Program-made: the position numbers and the translations under genes | Source: Thermoanaerobaculia bacterium | Lineage (GTDB): Bacteria > Acidobacteriota > Thermoanaerobaculia > UBA5066 | DNA length: 64,000 nucleotides | NCBI GenBank assembly: GCA_963816185.1 | Contig: CAWFJJ010000008.1 | Location: 224,001-288,000 of the forward strand | Direction of reading: 5' to 3' | In this document: piece after piece, positions 19,226-28,356 of the stretch | How the letters are laid out: the number at the start of each line of letters is the position of its first letter | Position numbering within the stretch: the stretch's first letter is position 1 | The notes under the pieces: model-generated | The model's input: only the letters and a program-made list of their open reading frames with translations | Database searches by the model: none | Told to the model about the DNA's origin: nothing

Positions 19226-20833
19226 TCAAGGAGCGAATTGAACCGGCCGTCCGTTCAGTTTTTGGGCGAGAGCGAGACCGCGTCTCACGACGTCGTTCCA
19301 CGGGAAGAGCGCGCCCGGGTCGTCTTTTCGGTCGGGCGCGATGTGCTGGTGCCCGACGATCCAGGGCGCGTCGATCGCGAACATCGCCGTGAGAACTCCC
19401 ACGAGCCGCACGACCGTCTCGATCTGGGCGGGCGTGAAGGGATACCGATTGCCGTCGCCGGTGATCTCGATGCCGACCGAGGTGCGGTTCAGGGCCATGC
19501 GCCCGTGGAGAAGCGAAACGCCCGCGTGCCACGCGCGGTGCTCGAGCGAGACGAACTGGAAAAGGCGGCCGTCGCGGCCGACGAGGAAGTGCGACGAGAC
19601 CTTTCTCTCGGGCTTCTCGAAGAGCGAGATGCACTCCTCGTCGGTGTCCTGCGACGTGTGATGGAGAACGAGTGCCGAGATCGGCTCGATCTTGAACGGC
19701 TCGTAACCCTCCCACCACGAGTTCGGCATCGGGATGAGGCAAGCGTCGGCCACGTCTCCGCCCGCCGCCTGCCAGAGATTCCAGAAGCGTCGGTCCGTCT
19801 CGCGGAAGACGCGGTCGAGGTAAAGGGCGTCGGGGTTCGCCCGGGCTTCGGCGAGCGTCCTCTCCGCGCGCGGCACCGGCGGCAGGAGGACCGGCGGAAG
19901 CGGAGGCTCGACCACGGGTTCGAGGTCGGGGAGCGAAGCGGACCACTCGTTAACGATCGCGGCGGCGACGTCGCCCATCACACGGACGGCACGGGCTTTT
20001 CCGTCCGCCGTGTCGGGAAAGTGGTCGGCGAACGCGACGAGGACGAAGCGGCCCTTCTTCGTCGTGAGGATGCCCGAATCGTTCCGTACGCCTCCGTAGC
20101 TGCCCGTCTTGCCGGCCCAGGACGTCCCGGGCTCGTCGAGGAGCAGCCGAGGCAGGCGGTCGCGATCGTGCTGCGTCGCGAGGAGCTTCCCGATGAGGCG
20201 GTCGCTCGCGGGACCGAGGAGCGTGCGTGTCGCGATCCGCCGATAGAGCTCCGCGGTGTCGCGGGGCGTCATGATGCCGAGGGGTGCCCACTTCGGAGGC
20301 TCCTCGCCCCTGCTCGGGATGCGGCCCACGAGCCGGATCCCGGGCAGGCCGAGCGCCGCCATGCGCGCGTTCACAGCCTCCGCGCCGAAGAGGTCGATGA
20401 AGCGGTCGGCCGCCGTGTTGTCGGAGATCGCGATCATGAGATGGAGCAGGTCGCGATTCGTGGGCGTGAGGCCGGGGTCGAACTCGTCGAGCATCCCCGA
20501 GCCCGCGGCCACGTTCTTCGCCGTGAGCTTCCAACGGTCCGTCAGGTCGAAACGGCCCTCCCCTTCGAGAGCGGCCGCCTCGACCAGGAGCGCGAGCTTG
20601 ATGACGCTCGCCGCCTCGAACTCCTCCGCGGCGTTCAGCTCGAGGCGCCGCCCGCTCTCGACGTGAAGCGCCACGATTCCCATTCGCGCCCCGCTCTTCG
20701 CCGCGAGCTTCGCGACGCGGCGGGCGAGCCCGCGGTCGTCCGGCGCCACGTGCAGCGAAGCAGGGATGGAGGTGCAGGACGCGAGAAACAGGAGGAGAAC
20801 GAAAGGGAGAATTCCTGCTATCGGTGGCCGCAT
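19226..20833 (-). CDS. Lipoprotein: beta-lactamase-fold serine hydrolase fused to N-acetylmuramoyl-L-alanine amidase (Amidase_2)
   Basis: LASC lipobox; AASVIK, SDN, KTG; LVLHHT, VSSHFLV, RAWHAG, GIE, GHQHIAP.RK.DPG. Confidence 0.9.
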   Translation of the reverse strand: MRPPIAGILPFVLLLFLASCTSIPASLHVAPDDRGLARRVAKLAAKSGARMGIVALHVESGRRLELNAAEEFEAASVIKLALLVEAAALEGEGRFDLTDRWKLTAKNVAAGSGMLDEFDPGLTPTNRDLLHLMIAISDNTAADRFIDLFGAEAVNARMAALGLPGIRLVGRIPSRGEEPPKWAPLGIMTPRDTAELYRRIATRTLLGPASDRLIGKLLATQHDRDRLPRLLLDEPGTSWAGKTGSYGGVRNDSGILTTKKGRFVLVAFADHFPDTADGKARAVRVMGDVAAAIVNEWSASLPDLEPVVEPPLPPVLLPPVPRAERTLAEARANPDALYLDRVFRETDRRFWNLWQAAGGDVADACLIPMPNSWWEGYEPFKIEPISALVLHHTSQDTDEECISLFEKPERKVSSHFLVGRDGRLFQFVSLEHRAWHAGVSLLHGRMALNRTSVGIEITGDGNRYPFTPAQIETVVRLVGVLTAMFAIDAPWIVGHQHIAPDRKDDPGALFPWNDVVRRGLALAQKLNGRPVQFAP

Positions 20834-20861
20834 GCGCGGCCACCGGCAAAGAGAACGTGTT

Positions 20862-20936
20862 GCCGGGCGGAGGCTGTCAAGGGTCCTCGACCGCTGCGCG
20901 GCGCGCGGAGCGCGCCCTTGACAGCCTTCGCCCGGC
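20862..20936. repeat. REP-like intergenic palindrome (22-bp arms)
   Basis: GCCGGGCGGAGGCTGTCAAGGG ... CCCTTGACAGCCTTCGCCCGGC, one mismatch. Confidence 0.8.
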
Positions 20937-21018
20937 CCAGATTCGTCCCTGCGGCGGCGGCGAATGCCGCCGCCGATATCAGAAGAAATTCTCATCTTCT
21001 GTCGTTCTAACATGCGCC

Positions 21019-22188
21019 ATCACGAGCGAGCAAAATCTCCCCTCTTCCTCCGCGTCCCCCGCCTCTGCGCCCGCCTCCGGCGGGCGCCTCGCGGCCCTCG
21101 ACATGTTTCGCGGCCTCACGGTCGTCGGGATGGTTTTCGTCAACAACCCGGGCGACTGGGGACACCTCTACTGGCCGTTCGACCACGCGGAGTGGCACGG
21201 CTGGACGCCGACCGACCTCATCTTCCCGTGGTTCCTGTTCATCGTGGGCGTCGCGGGCGTCTTTTCGCTCGAGAAGCGCATGGCGCAGGGCGCGGACCGT
21301 CTGGACCTCGCGCGCCACGCCTTCCGGCGAGGAATGACGATCGTCGTCGTGGGCTGGCTGATGGCCTTCTATCCGTTCGTTCCGTTCTTCGACCGCCTCG
21401 CACACCTTCGGATCCCCGGCGTTCTCGCACGCATCGGCGTCGCGTACGTTTTCGGCACGTGGATTCTCCTCGCGGTCTGGAAGCGGCGCGCCGTCGGCGT
21501 CGCGGCCGCCGTCGCGTTCCTGCTCGCCCTCCACACGTGGCTCCTCCTCGGGACGGGGTACGACCTGACGCCCGCCGGCAACGTCCAACGCGCGGTCGAT
21601 CTCGCCGTCCTGAAGGGCCATCTCTGGAAGAACGCCCAGGGCTGGGATCCCGAGGGGATCGTCTCGACGCTCACGGCGATCGCGACGATGCTGACGGGGA
21701 CGCTGACGGGTTTCCTCCTGAAGGGCCGGACCGGCGTGAAGGCGAAGGTGACGCGCCTCCTCGCCTGGGGCGCGATCGCGACCGCGGCGGGCCTCCTCTG
21801 GGGACGGGCGCTCCCGATCAACAAGAACCTCTGGACGGCGTCCTATGTCGTCTTCACGTCGGGTGCTGCCCTCCTCGTGATCGGCGTTTGCGTCCTCGTG
21901 ATCGACGTCCTCGGCTGGAAGAAACCGTTCGCGCCGTTTTTCACCTTCGGGACGAACCCGCTCCTCGTCTTCGTCCTCTCGGGCCTCCTCGCCAAGACGA
22001 TGGGGCTCGTCAAGCTGGGGGACGCGGCGGGCAAGACGGTCACGCTTCACGCGTGGGTCTACCGCTCCGGCTTCTCGTGGATCGCGGACCCGACCGTGCG
22101 CTCGCACGCGTTCGCTCTCGTCACGATCCTCTTCTGGTGGGCGATCCTGCGCGTCTTCGAGAAGAAGGGCTGGTACTGGAAGATCTGA
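21019..22188 (+). CDS. HGSNAT/NagX (DUF5009-like) membrane acyltransferase family protein; start uncertain
   Basis: RLAALDMFRG, VNNPG.W, HAEWHG.TPTDLIFP.FLFIVG, DPEG..ST, PINKNLWT.SYV. Confidence 0.88.
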   Translation: MTSEQNLPSSSASPASAPASGGRLAALDMFRGLTVVGMVFVNNPGDWGHLYWPFDHAEWHGWTPTDLIFPWFLFIVGVAGVFSLEKRMAQGADRLDLARHAFRRGMTIVVVGWLMAFYPFVPFFDRLAHLRIPGVLARIGVAYVFGTWILLAVWKRRAVGVAAAVAFLLALHTWLLLGTGYDLTPAGNVQRAVDLAVLKGHLWKNAQGWDPEGIVSTLTAIATMLTGTLTGFLLKGRTGVKAKVTRLLAWGAIATAAGLLWGRALPINKNLWTASYVVFTSGAALLVIGVCVLVIDVLGWKKPFAPFFTFGTNPLLVFVLSGLLAKTMGLVKLGDAAGKTVTLHAWVYRSGFSWIADPTVRSHAFALVTILFWWAILRVFEKKGWYWKI

Positions 22189-22201
22189 CGGACATCTCGC
22201 G

Positions 22202-23119
22202 TCAGGACGAGAGGATCCGGCGCGGGACCTCCGTCGCCGACCGGACCGCGACCTCTTCAGGAAAATTCGCCGCCACGAGGCGCGCGACGCAATCGTCGAG
22301 GAGGGCCGTCGAGCCGGCGAGGGCGCCCGAGGCGTTGCGGGCGGCGCCGCTCTTTACCGTGAGAGTCTCGCCCCAGACGGAATAGTCGCCGTCCGCGAGG
22401 CCTGCGGCCGGCATCGCGTCGCTGATCAGGGCGACGCGCCCGTCGCCCTTGGCGCGAAAGACGAGGCGGAGCATCTCGTTCGAAAGGTGGTGCGCGTCCG
22501 CGATGATGTCCACCGTCACGCCGTCCGTGACGAGGCCCCAGCCGATCGGGCCCGCCTCGCGGTGGTGGAGCGGCTTCATCGCGTTGGCGAAGTGCGTCAT
22601 GTGCCGTGCGCCAGCCGCGAGCGCCGCGTCGAGCGTCGCGACGTCGGCCTCCGTGTGGCCGATCGAGACGACGAACCCGCGCCTCACGAACTCCTTCACG
22701 ACGGCAATCCCGCCGGGGATCTCGGGGGCGAGCGTCGTCATTCCGTGGCCGGGCGGATCGCCGGCCGCCTCGAAAAACGCATCGAGCTTTCTCGGATCAC
22801 CGCCGTCGAGAAAGCACGAGGGGTGAAGGGCGCCGCAGCGCGCGGCCGAGACGAACGGTCCTTCGAAATGAATCCCGAGGGGCATCGCCCCGCGCCCATC
22901 GTCCGCGCGGCGCGAGCGCATCCACGCCGAGAGGCGCGCGACCGTCGCGGCTGTGTCGCCGAGAGGCTGCGGGACGAGCGTGGGAAGAAAGCCCGAGACG
23001 CCGCGGCCGGACAGCCCCCGAGCGAGGCGGTCGAGATCGCTCGCGGAGGCCGTCAGCACGTCGATACCGAATGCGCCGTGAATGTGAAGGTCGAGAAGAC
23101 CTTTTGCTCCCTCGCTCAT
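22202..23119 (-). CDS. nagA: N-acetylglucosamine-6-phosphate deacetylase (compact)
   Basis: DLHIHG, HFEGPF, TLAPE, GHT, THFANAM, ADAHH, ISDAM. Confidence 0.88.
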   Translation of the reverse strand: MSEGAKGLLDLHIHGAFGIDVLTASASDLDRLARGLSGRGVSGFLPTLVPQPLGDTAATVARLSAWMRSRRADDGRGAMPLGIHFEGPFVSAARCGALHPSCFLDGGDPRKLDAFFEAAGDPPGHGMTTLAPEIPGGIAVVKEFVRRGFVVSIGHTEADVATLDAALAAGARHMTHFANAMKPLHHREAGPIGWGLVTDGVTVDIIADAHHLSNEMLRLVFRAKGDGRVALISDAMPAAGLADGDYSVWGETLTVKSGAARNASGALAGSTALLDDCVARLVAANFPEEVAVRSATEVPRRILSS

Positions 23120-23982
23120 CCGCCGCCTCGCTCTGGCGGCTCGGTCAGCGCGGCGGCCACGTTCGAATGTTTCTTAGAAAGGTGAAGAGCGGCCGCGGAG
23201 GCATCGACTTTCCATTTCGCCGAGACGAGTGCGGTAGGCAAGTGCCAATTAACCCTTCTGAGAAATTCTTCTGCGTTCTCTTCGGACGTTTCCGCAATGT
23301 CCCGGACGATGCGGATCGCGCGTTTGCGGAGTTTTTCGTTCGTGGGTTTCATCGCGACCATCTCGTCGCGGTAGACGAAGCCTCTTTTCGCCATGACGGC
23401 CGTCGAGAGCATGTTGAGGGCGATCTTCTGCGCGGTTCCGGCCTTCAGCCGGCTGGACTCGGCGAGGACCTCGGGACCGGTATCGAGGACGATCGCGATG
23501 TCCGCGAGCCTCTCGAGAGGAGAATGGAAACGACATACGATCGCCACCGTGAGCGCGCCCGCGCGCTTCGCCTCTTCCAGGGCGCCCGACACATAGGGTG
23601 TCGTGCCGCTCGCGGAGATGCCCACGACGGCATCCTTTGCGCCCAAGCCCGCCGAGACGAGGTCGCGTGCGCCCGCGCCCGCACCGTCCTCCGCGCCCTC
23701 CTTCGCCTCTGACATTGCGTCGCGTCCGCCCGCGACGAGCGCGACGACGAGCGAGGGGTCGGTCCCGAACGTAGGCGGGATCTCTGCGGCGTCCAGCGCT
23801 CCGAGCCGGCCGCTCGTCCCGGCGCCCGTATAAAACCACCGGCCGCCCGCCTCGAGCCGCGAGGCGATTGCGTCGGCCGCGCGCGCAATCGCGGGAAGAG
23901 CCGCGCTCACGGCGTCCTGGACCGCGCGGTCGGCCGCGTGGAGCCGCCTGAGGAGGTCGAGCGTCGCGCTCATTTCGTGCAT
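23116..23982 (-). CDS. murQ: N-acetylmuramic acid 6-phosphate etherase
   Basis: GAGTSGRLG.LDA.E.PPTF, EGAED, GISASG.TPYV, GPEV...SSRLKAGTAQK..LNMLST. Confidence 0.92.
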   Translation of the reverse strand: MHEMSATLDLLRRLHAADRAVQDAVSAALPAIARAADAIASRLEAGGRWFYTGAGTSGRLGALDAAEIPPTFGTDPSLVVALVAGGRDAMSEAKEGAEDGAGAGARDLVSAGLGAKDAVVGISASGTTPYVSGALEEAKRAGALTVAIVCRFHSPLERLADIAIVLDTGPEVLAESSRLKAGTAQKIALNMLSTAVMAKRGFVYRDEMVAMKPTNEKLRKRAIRIVRDIAETSEENAEEFLRRVNWHLPTALVSAKWKVDASAAALHLSKKHSNVAAALTEPPERGGG

Positions 23983-24905
23983 TTCTCCTCCGCGAGCGCG
24001 AGGCGGATGGCGCCGATCTCCGGCGGAAAGGCCGACGGCCCGACCGTCGCTCCGGGTGCGACCGCCGTGATCGCCGCGCGAAGCGGGTCGAGGAGGGGTG
24101 AGCCGGCGGAGAGGACACCGCCGATCGTCGCGACCGGGAACGACTCCTTCTCGAGGCCGAGCTTGCGGACGACCGTGACGACGTCGAGAGCCAGCTCGCG
24201 CGCGGCTTCCTCGAGAATACGCCGCGCCTCGGCGTCGCCGTCCTTCGCCGCGGCGAGAACGACCGGGTAGTAAGCGGCGACGTCGGCCGCGCCGCTCTCG
24301 GAGTGGTACACGTGCTCGAGGAGGTCCGTGATCGAGCGGACGTCCTCCGTCGCGAAGAGACGCTTCTTGATCGCCGTCTTCGGGCCGCGGCCGTCGATCT
24401 CGCGCACGACCGCGATCAGCCCCCGCCGCGCGATCGCGTAGCCCGAGCCTTCGTCGCCGATCACGGGCCCGTAGCCGCCCGCCCGCGCGGTCGCGCCGTT
24501 TCGCCCCTGGCCGAAGGCGATCGCGCCCGTACCGGCGATGAGGATCACGGCCGGGGCGTCGAGGGCCTCTCGGGATGCCCCGGCAAGCGCGATGCGGGCG
24601 TCGCTCGTCAGGAGGACGCGGCCCGCGCCGAAGACGCCTTCGAGCGCGCCGAGAAGAGGGCGGCGATCGTGAATGGAATCGATTCCGGCGAGGCCGATCG
24701 CGACGCGACGCGGGTCAGCGTCGCCGGCGGCGGCGAGAGCGTCCGCTGCCGCCTCGTGAACCGTCTCGACCACGCTCGGCAGGGGTCTCGTCGCGGCGTT
24801 CGCCGGGCCCGAGGCTCCCCGGCCGAGCGGCACGAGATCGGCTCCCGCCACGACGGCGCGCGTACGGGTCCCGCCGCCGTCGATTCCGATGTAGAACGGC
24901 CCCAT
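23970..24905 (-). CDS. BadF/BadG-family GlcNAc/MurNAc kinase (MurK-like)
   Basis: GIDGGGTRT, SDA, IAGTG, GGYG..IGDEGSGY; operonic with murQ and nagA. Confidence 0.88.
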   Translation of the reverse strand: MGPFYIGIDGGGTRTRAVVAGADLVPLGRGASGPANAATRPLPSVVETVHEAAADALAAAGDADPRRVAIGLAGIDSIHDRRPLLGALEGVFGAGRVLLTSDARIALAGASREALDAPAVILIAGTGAIAFGQGRNGATARAGGYGPVIGDEGSGYAIARRGLIAVVREIDGRGPKTAIKKRLFATEDVRSITDLLEHVYHSESGAADVAAYYPVVLAAAKDGDAEARRILEEAARELALDVVTVVRKLGLEKESFPVATIGGVLSAGSPLLDPLRAAITAVAPGATVGPSAFPPEIGAIRLALAEEKCTK

Positions 24906-24981
24906 GGAGTCAGCTTAACAAGGGCCGCCAGATTCACCCGCATCAGTTCCGGTGAGCGCTCCATGGGGCTAGATTCTGCTC

Positions 24982-26298
24982 ATGACAATCGATCTCGACT
25001 GGAAAACCCGCTACTCCCGCAAAGTAGCCTCCGCCGAAGATGCCGTGCGCGCCATCCTGCCCGGCCGCCGCATACTCATCAGCTCCGGCGCCGGCGAGCC
25101 GGGGCGCCTCGTTCAGGCGCTCGTGACGCACGCCACGCAGCTACGGGGCAACGAGATCGTCCATCTCATGACGCTCGGAGCGGCGCCCTACGTCGCGCCC
25201 GGCCTCGAAGACCGCTTCCGGCACATGGCGTTCTTCATCGGTTCGAACGTGCGGCCGGCCGTTCAGGAAGGCCGGGCCGACTTCCTTCCCGTCTTCCTGT
25301 CGGAGATCCCGCTCCTGATCACGAGCGGGCGCATCGGCGTCCACGCGGCGCTCATCCAGGTCAGCCCGCCGGACCAGCACGGCTTCGTGAGCCTCGGCGT
25401 CTCCGTGGATATCGTCCGCGGCGCCGTCGATACGGCCGACATCATCCTCGCCGAGGTCAACCCGCAGATGCCGCGCACGCTGGGCGACTCCTTCCTCCAC
25501 GTGGACCACATCGCGCACCTCGTGCCCGTGGACGACCCGCTGCCCGAGCTGACGGTCGAGCCTCTCGACGACGTCTGCCGCCAGATCGGGCACCATGCCG
25601 CGCAGCTCATCCCGAACGGGGCGACGATGCAGATGGGGATCGGGCGCATTCCGGACGCCGTCATGAGCGGGCTCTGGGAGCGCAGCGACCTCGGCATCCA
25701 CACGGAGATGCTGTCCGACGGCGTCATGGCGCTCGCGAAGGCCGGCGTGATCACGGGCCGAAAAAAAACGCTCCTTCCGGGGAAGATCGTCACCTCGTTC
25801 GTCATGGGAACGCGCGCTCTCTACGACTGGGTGGACGACAACCCGGCCGTCGAGATGCGTCCCTCCAGCTTCACGAACGACTCCTTCCAGATCGCCCGGA
25901 ACGACCAGATGGTCGCGCTGAACTCGGCCCTCGCCGTCGATCTGACCGGCCAGGTCGCGGCCGACACGATCGGCGGGCGGTTCTTCTCGGGCATCGGCGG
26001 CCAGGTGGACTTCATTCGCGGCGCCGCGCGCAGCAAGGGCGGAAAACCCATCATCGCGCTGCCGTCCACCGCGAAGAACGGCTCGATCAGCCGGATCGTC
26101 CCCGTGCTCGAGGAAGGGGCGGGCGTCGTGACGAGCCGCGGCGACATCCACTACGTCGTCACGGAATACGGCGCGGCCGACCTGTGGGGCAAGAACATCC
26201 GGCAGAGGACGATGGCTCTCATCGGCATCGCGCATCCCGACTTCCGCGGCGACCTGCTCGCGGCCGCCAAGGCTCGGAAGTACATCTTCCCGGGCTGA
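24982..26298 (+). CDS. Acetyl-CoA hydrolase/4-hydroxybutyrate CoA-transferase family
   Basis: MGIG.IPDA, LGIHTEM, SGIGGQVDF.RGA..SKGG, VVTEYG.A.L.G. Confidence 0.93.
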   Translation: MTIDLDWKTRYSRKVASAEDAVRAILPGRRILISSGAGEPGRLVQALVTHATQLRGNEIVHLMTLGAAPYVAPGLEDRFRHMAFFIGSNVRPAVQEGRADFLPVFLSEIPLLITSGRIGVHAALIQVSPPDQHGFVSLGVSVDIVRGAVDTADIILAEVNPQMPRTLGDSFLHVDHIAHLVPVDDPLPELTVEPLDDVCRQIGHHAAQLIPNGATMQMGIGRIPDAVMSGLWERSDLGIHTEMLSDGVMALAKAGVITGRKKTLLPGKIVTSFVMGTRALYDWVDDNPAVEMRPSSFTNDSFQIARNDQMVALNSALAVDLTGQVAADTIGGRFFSGIGGQVDFIRGAARSKGGKPIIALPSTAKNGSISRIVPVLEEGAGVVTSRGDIHYVVTEYGAADLWGKNIRQRTMALIGIAHPDFRGDLLAAAKARKYIFPG

Positions 26299-26328
26299 GG
26301 TCCGTCCAGCCGCGCTAACCTCCGTCGC

Positions 26329-28192
26329 GTGCGCCGGCCGCTCTTCCTGCTCCTTCTCGCCACCTTCGCGCTGAAGGCGGCAGTCCTCGCGCGCTTCAAC
26401 GCCCATCCCCTTCTTCAGCCCGCGGGCGACATCGACGGCGGCGTCTACGCGCGTCTCGCGGCGGACGTGGCACGCGGAGATCTCCTGCTGCGCGGCGCCG
26501 GCCCCGTGCCGTTCTTCGTCTCGCCTCTCTACATCTACTTCCTCGCGGCGATCCAGGCTCTCTCATCCGGTTCACTTCTCGCGGTGAAGGTCGTGCAGAT
26601 CGCGCTCGGAACGGCCGCGGTCGCGCTCGTTTTCTTCACGGCAAGACGCCTTTTCGGCAGCCGCGCGGCGCTCGCCGCCGGCATCCTCTACGCACTCATT
26701 GGCGTCGTGACGTTTCACGAGGTCCTGATCCTCCAGGCGGCGATCGATCCCTTCTTGACGGCGCTCGCTCTTTTCCTGCTGGCTGATGCGCTCACGCGGG
26801 GCAGCTTGGGACGCTGGCTCGCTGCGGGCGCGGCGTTCGGCCTCCTCGCGTTGAATCGTCCGAACGCGCTTCTGTGCATCGTTGCAATCGTCGTCGTTCT
26901 GCTCGCATTCGCCGCGACGCGTCTCGTCGCGCGTCGCCACAACGGCCAGCCCTTCTTACCCTTCGAAGAAAATCCTCTTCGAACCCTGCAAGTTGTCGGG
27001 GCATTCCTCGTGGGGACGGGAGCAATGATTGCATTGCCCTTCGCACGCAACCTGATCGTCTCCGGCGAGCCCGTCCTGATCTCTTCACACGGCGGGCTGA
27101 ACTTCCTGATCGGGAACGGACCGGAAGCAAACGGCGTCTACCGAGTGATCCCGGGGATCACGCCCGACATCGGGGGGCAGGCGGCGGACGCGAAGCGCAT
27201 CGCGGAGGCAGCCGAAGGCCGGCCGCTTTCTACGCGGGAGGTCTCGGCGCACTTTGCGAAAGTCGCGTGGACGTGGATCAAGGAAGATCCGGGCGCGGCC
27301 GCTGGACTCTTCCTCAGGAAGATCTGGTACGTCCTCTCGCGCGACGAGGCGCCGCTCAATTTCAGCTTTCCGTGGTACCGCGAGCGAAGCCTCGCGCTGA
27401 AGGTGCTGTTCGTGAGCTCCGGCCTCCTCGTGCCGCTCGCGGGCGCGGGTTTCGTCCTGGCCTCTCTTTGCGTCGGCAGGGGCGGAGCGCCGCGCGCTCT
27501 TCGTCTGGGCGATCTTCGTCCCGGCGTACGTATTCGCCGTCGCGGCATTCTTCGTCGCGACGCGGTACCGTCTCCCGCTTCTCGTCGCTCTCGCCTCGCT
27601 CGGGGGCGCCGCCCTCGCGCGGCTCCCGGAGGCGTGGCGGACGAAGGGCGCTCGGCTCTGGTCAGCGGCGGCGGCGGCCGCCCTCCTTTCGGTGGTCTCC
27701 CTGTGGCCGACGGGCCTCTGGGACGGCGCCGGGGACGAGGAGATGCACCTCGTCCTCTGGGAGATCGAGCAGGGCGAGGCGGGGGCGATGCAGCACGCGG
27801 AGGCGGCAGCCCGAGAGCATCCCGATCCGGCTCTCGTCTGGCTACGTGTCGGGCGGTCGTTCGTGACGGCGGGGAAGAGCGACGAGGCGATCACGGCGCT
27901 CACTCGGTCCCACGAGATCGACGCCAACCGTCCCGGGACGGCTTCCTTTCTGTCGGCCCTGCTCGAAAAGAGGGGGCTCGCGCGCGTCCTCTCTGGAGAC
28001 CCGACGGGAGCGCGCCCCGATCTCGAGGAGGCCGTCCGGCTGGACGGCACGAACGCGTCGGCGTGCCTGAACCTTGCCGTGGCCCTCGCCGAGACGGGAG
28101 ACAGCTCGCGCGCCCGGGAGCTCATCCAACGGGCTCTCGTCTTGAGACCCGGCTACGACAAGGCCGAACAGCTCCTGAAGGCTCTCCGCTAG
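26329..28192 (+). CDS. ArnT/GT39-like membrane glycosyltransferase with C-terminal TPRs (+1 frameshift in G-run near 27480)
   Basis: PFFVSPLY.YFLA, RPN, GGLNFLIGN; after removing one G, FFVATRYRLP and TPR repeats to stop 28192. Confidence 0.82.
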
Positions 28193-28198
28193 GCGCTC

Positions 28199-28285
28199 AG
28201 GCCGGCCGGCGCCCCCTCTCCTTCGCGCGTGAACTCGCTTCGCTCAAACAGCACGCGCGTGCGTCGAGAGGGTGCCGTCTCGCCC
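28199..28285. repeat. REP-like hairpin containing AACTCGCTTCGCTCAAACA
   Basis: Imperfect stem (CGCGCGTG...CACGCGCG; CCCTCTC...GAGAGGG) between convergent genes. Confidence 0.5.
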
Positions 28286-28295
28286 CTCGCGCCAC

Positions 28296-28327
28296 AAGAA
28301 AAAGTGGCCCGGCGTTTCCGCCGGGCC
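28296..28327 (-). terminator. Rho-independent terminator of the TonB receptor gene
   Basis: Minus strand GGCCCGGCG-GAAA-CGCCGGGCC followed by ACTTTTTCTT. Confidence 0.85.
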
Positions 28328-28356
28328 CATCAAGAGAAGTTAGAGAAGGGGGAGTC

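Noticed and set aside
15230-20833. Beta-lactam resistance genes
   Set aside because: SxxK domains are fused to peptidoglycan hydrolases in a recycling cluster; resistance is not supported by sequence alone
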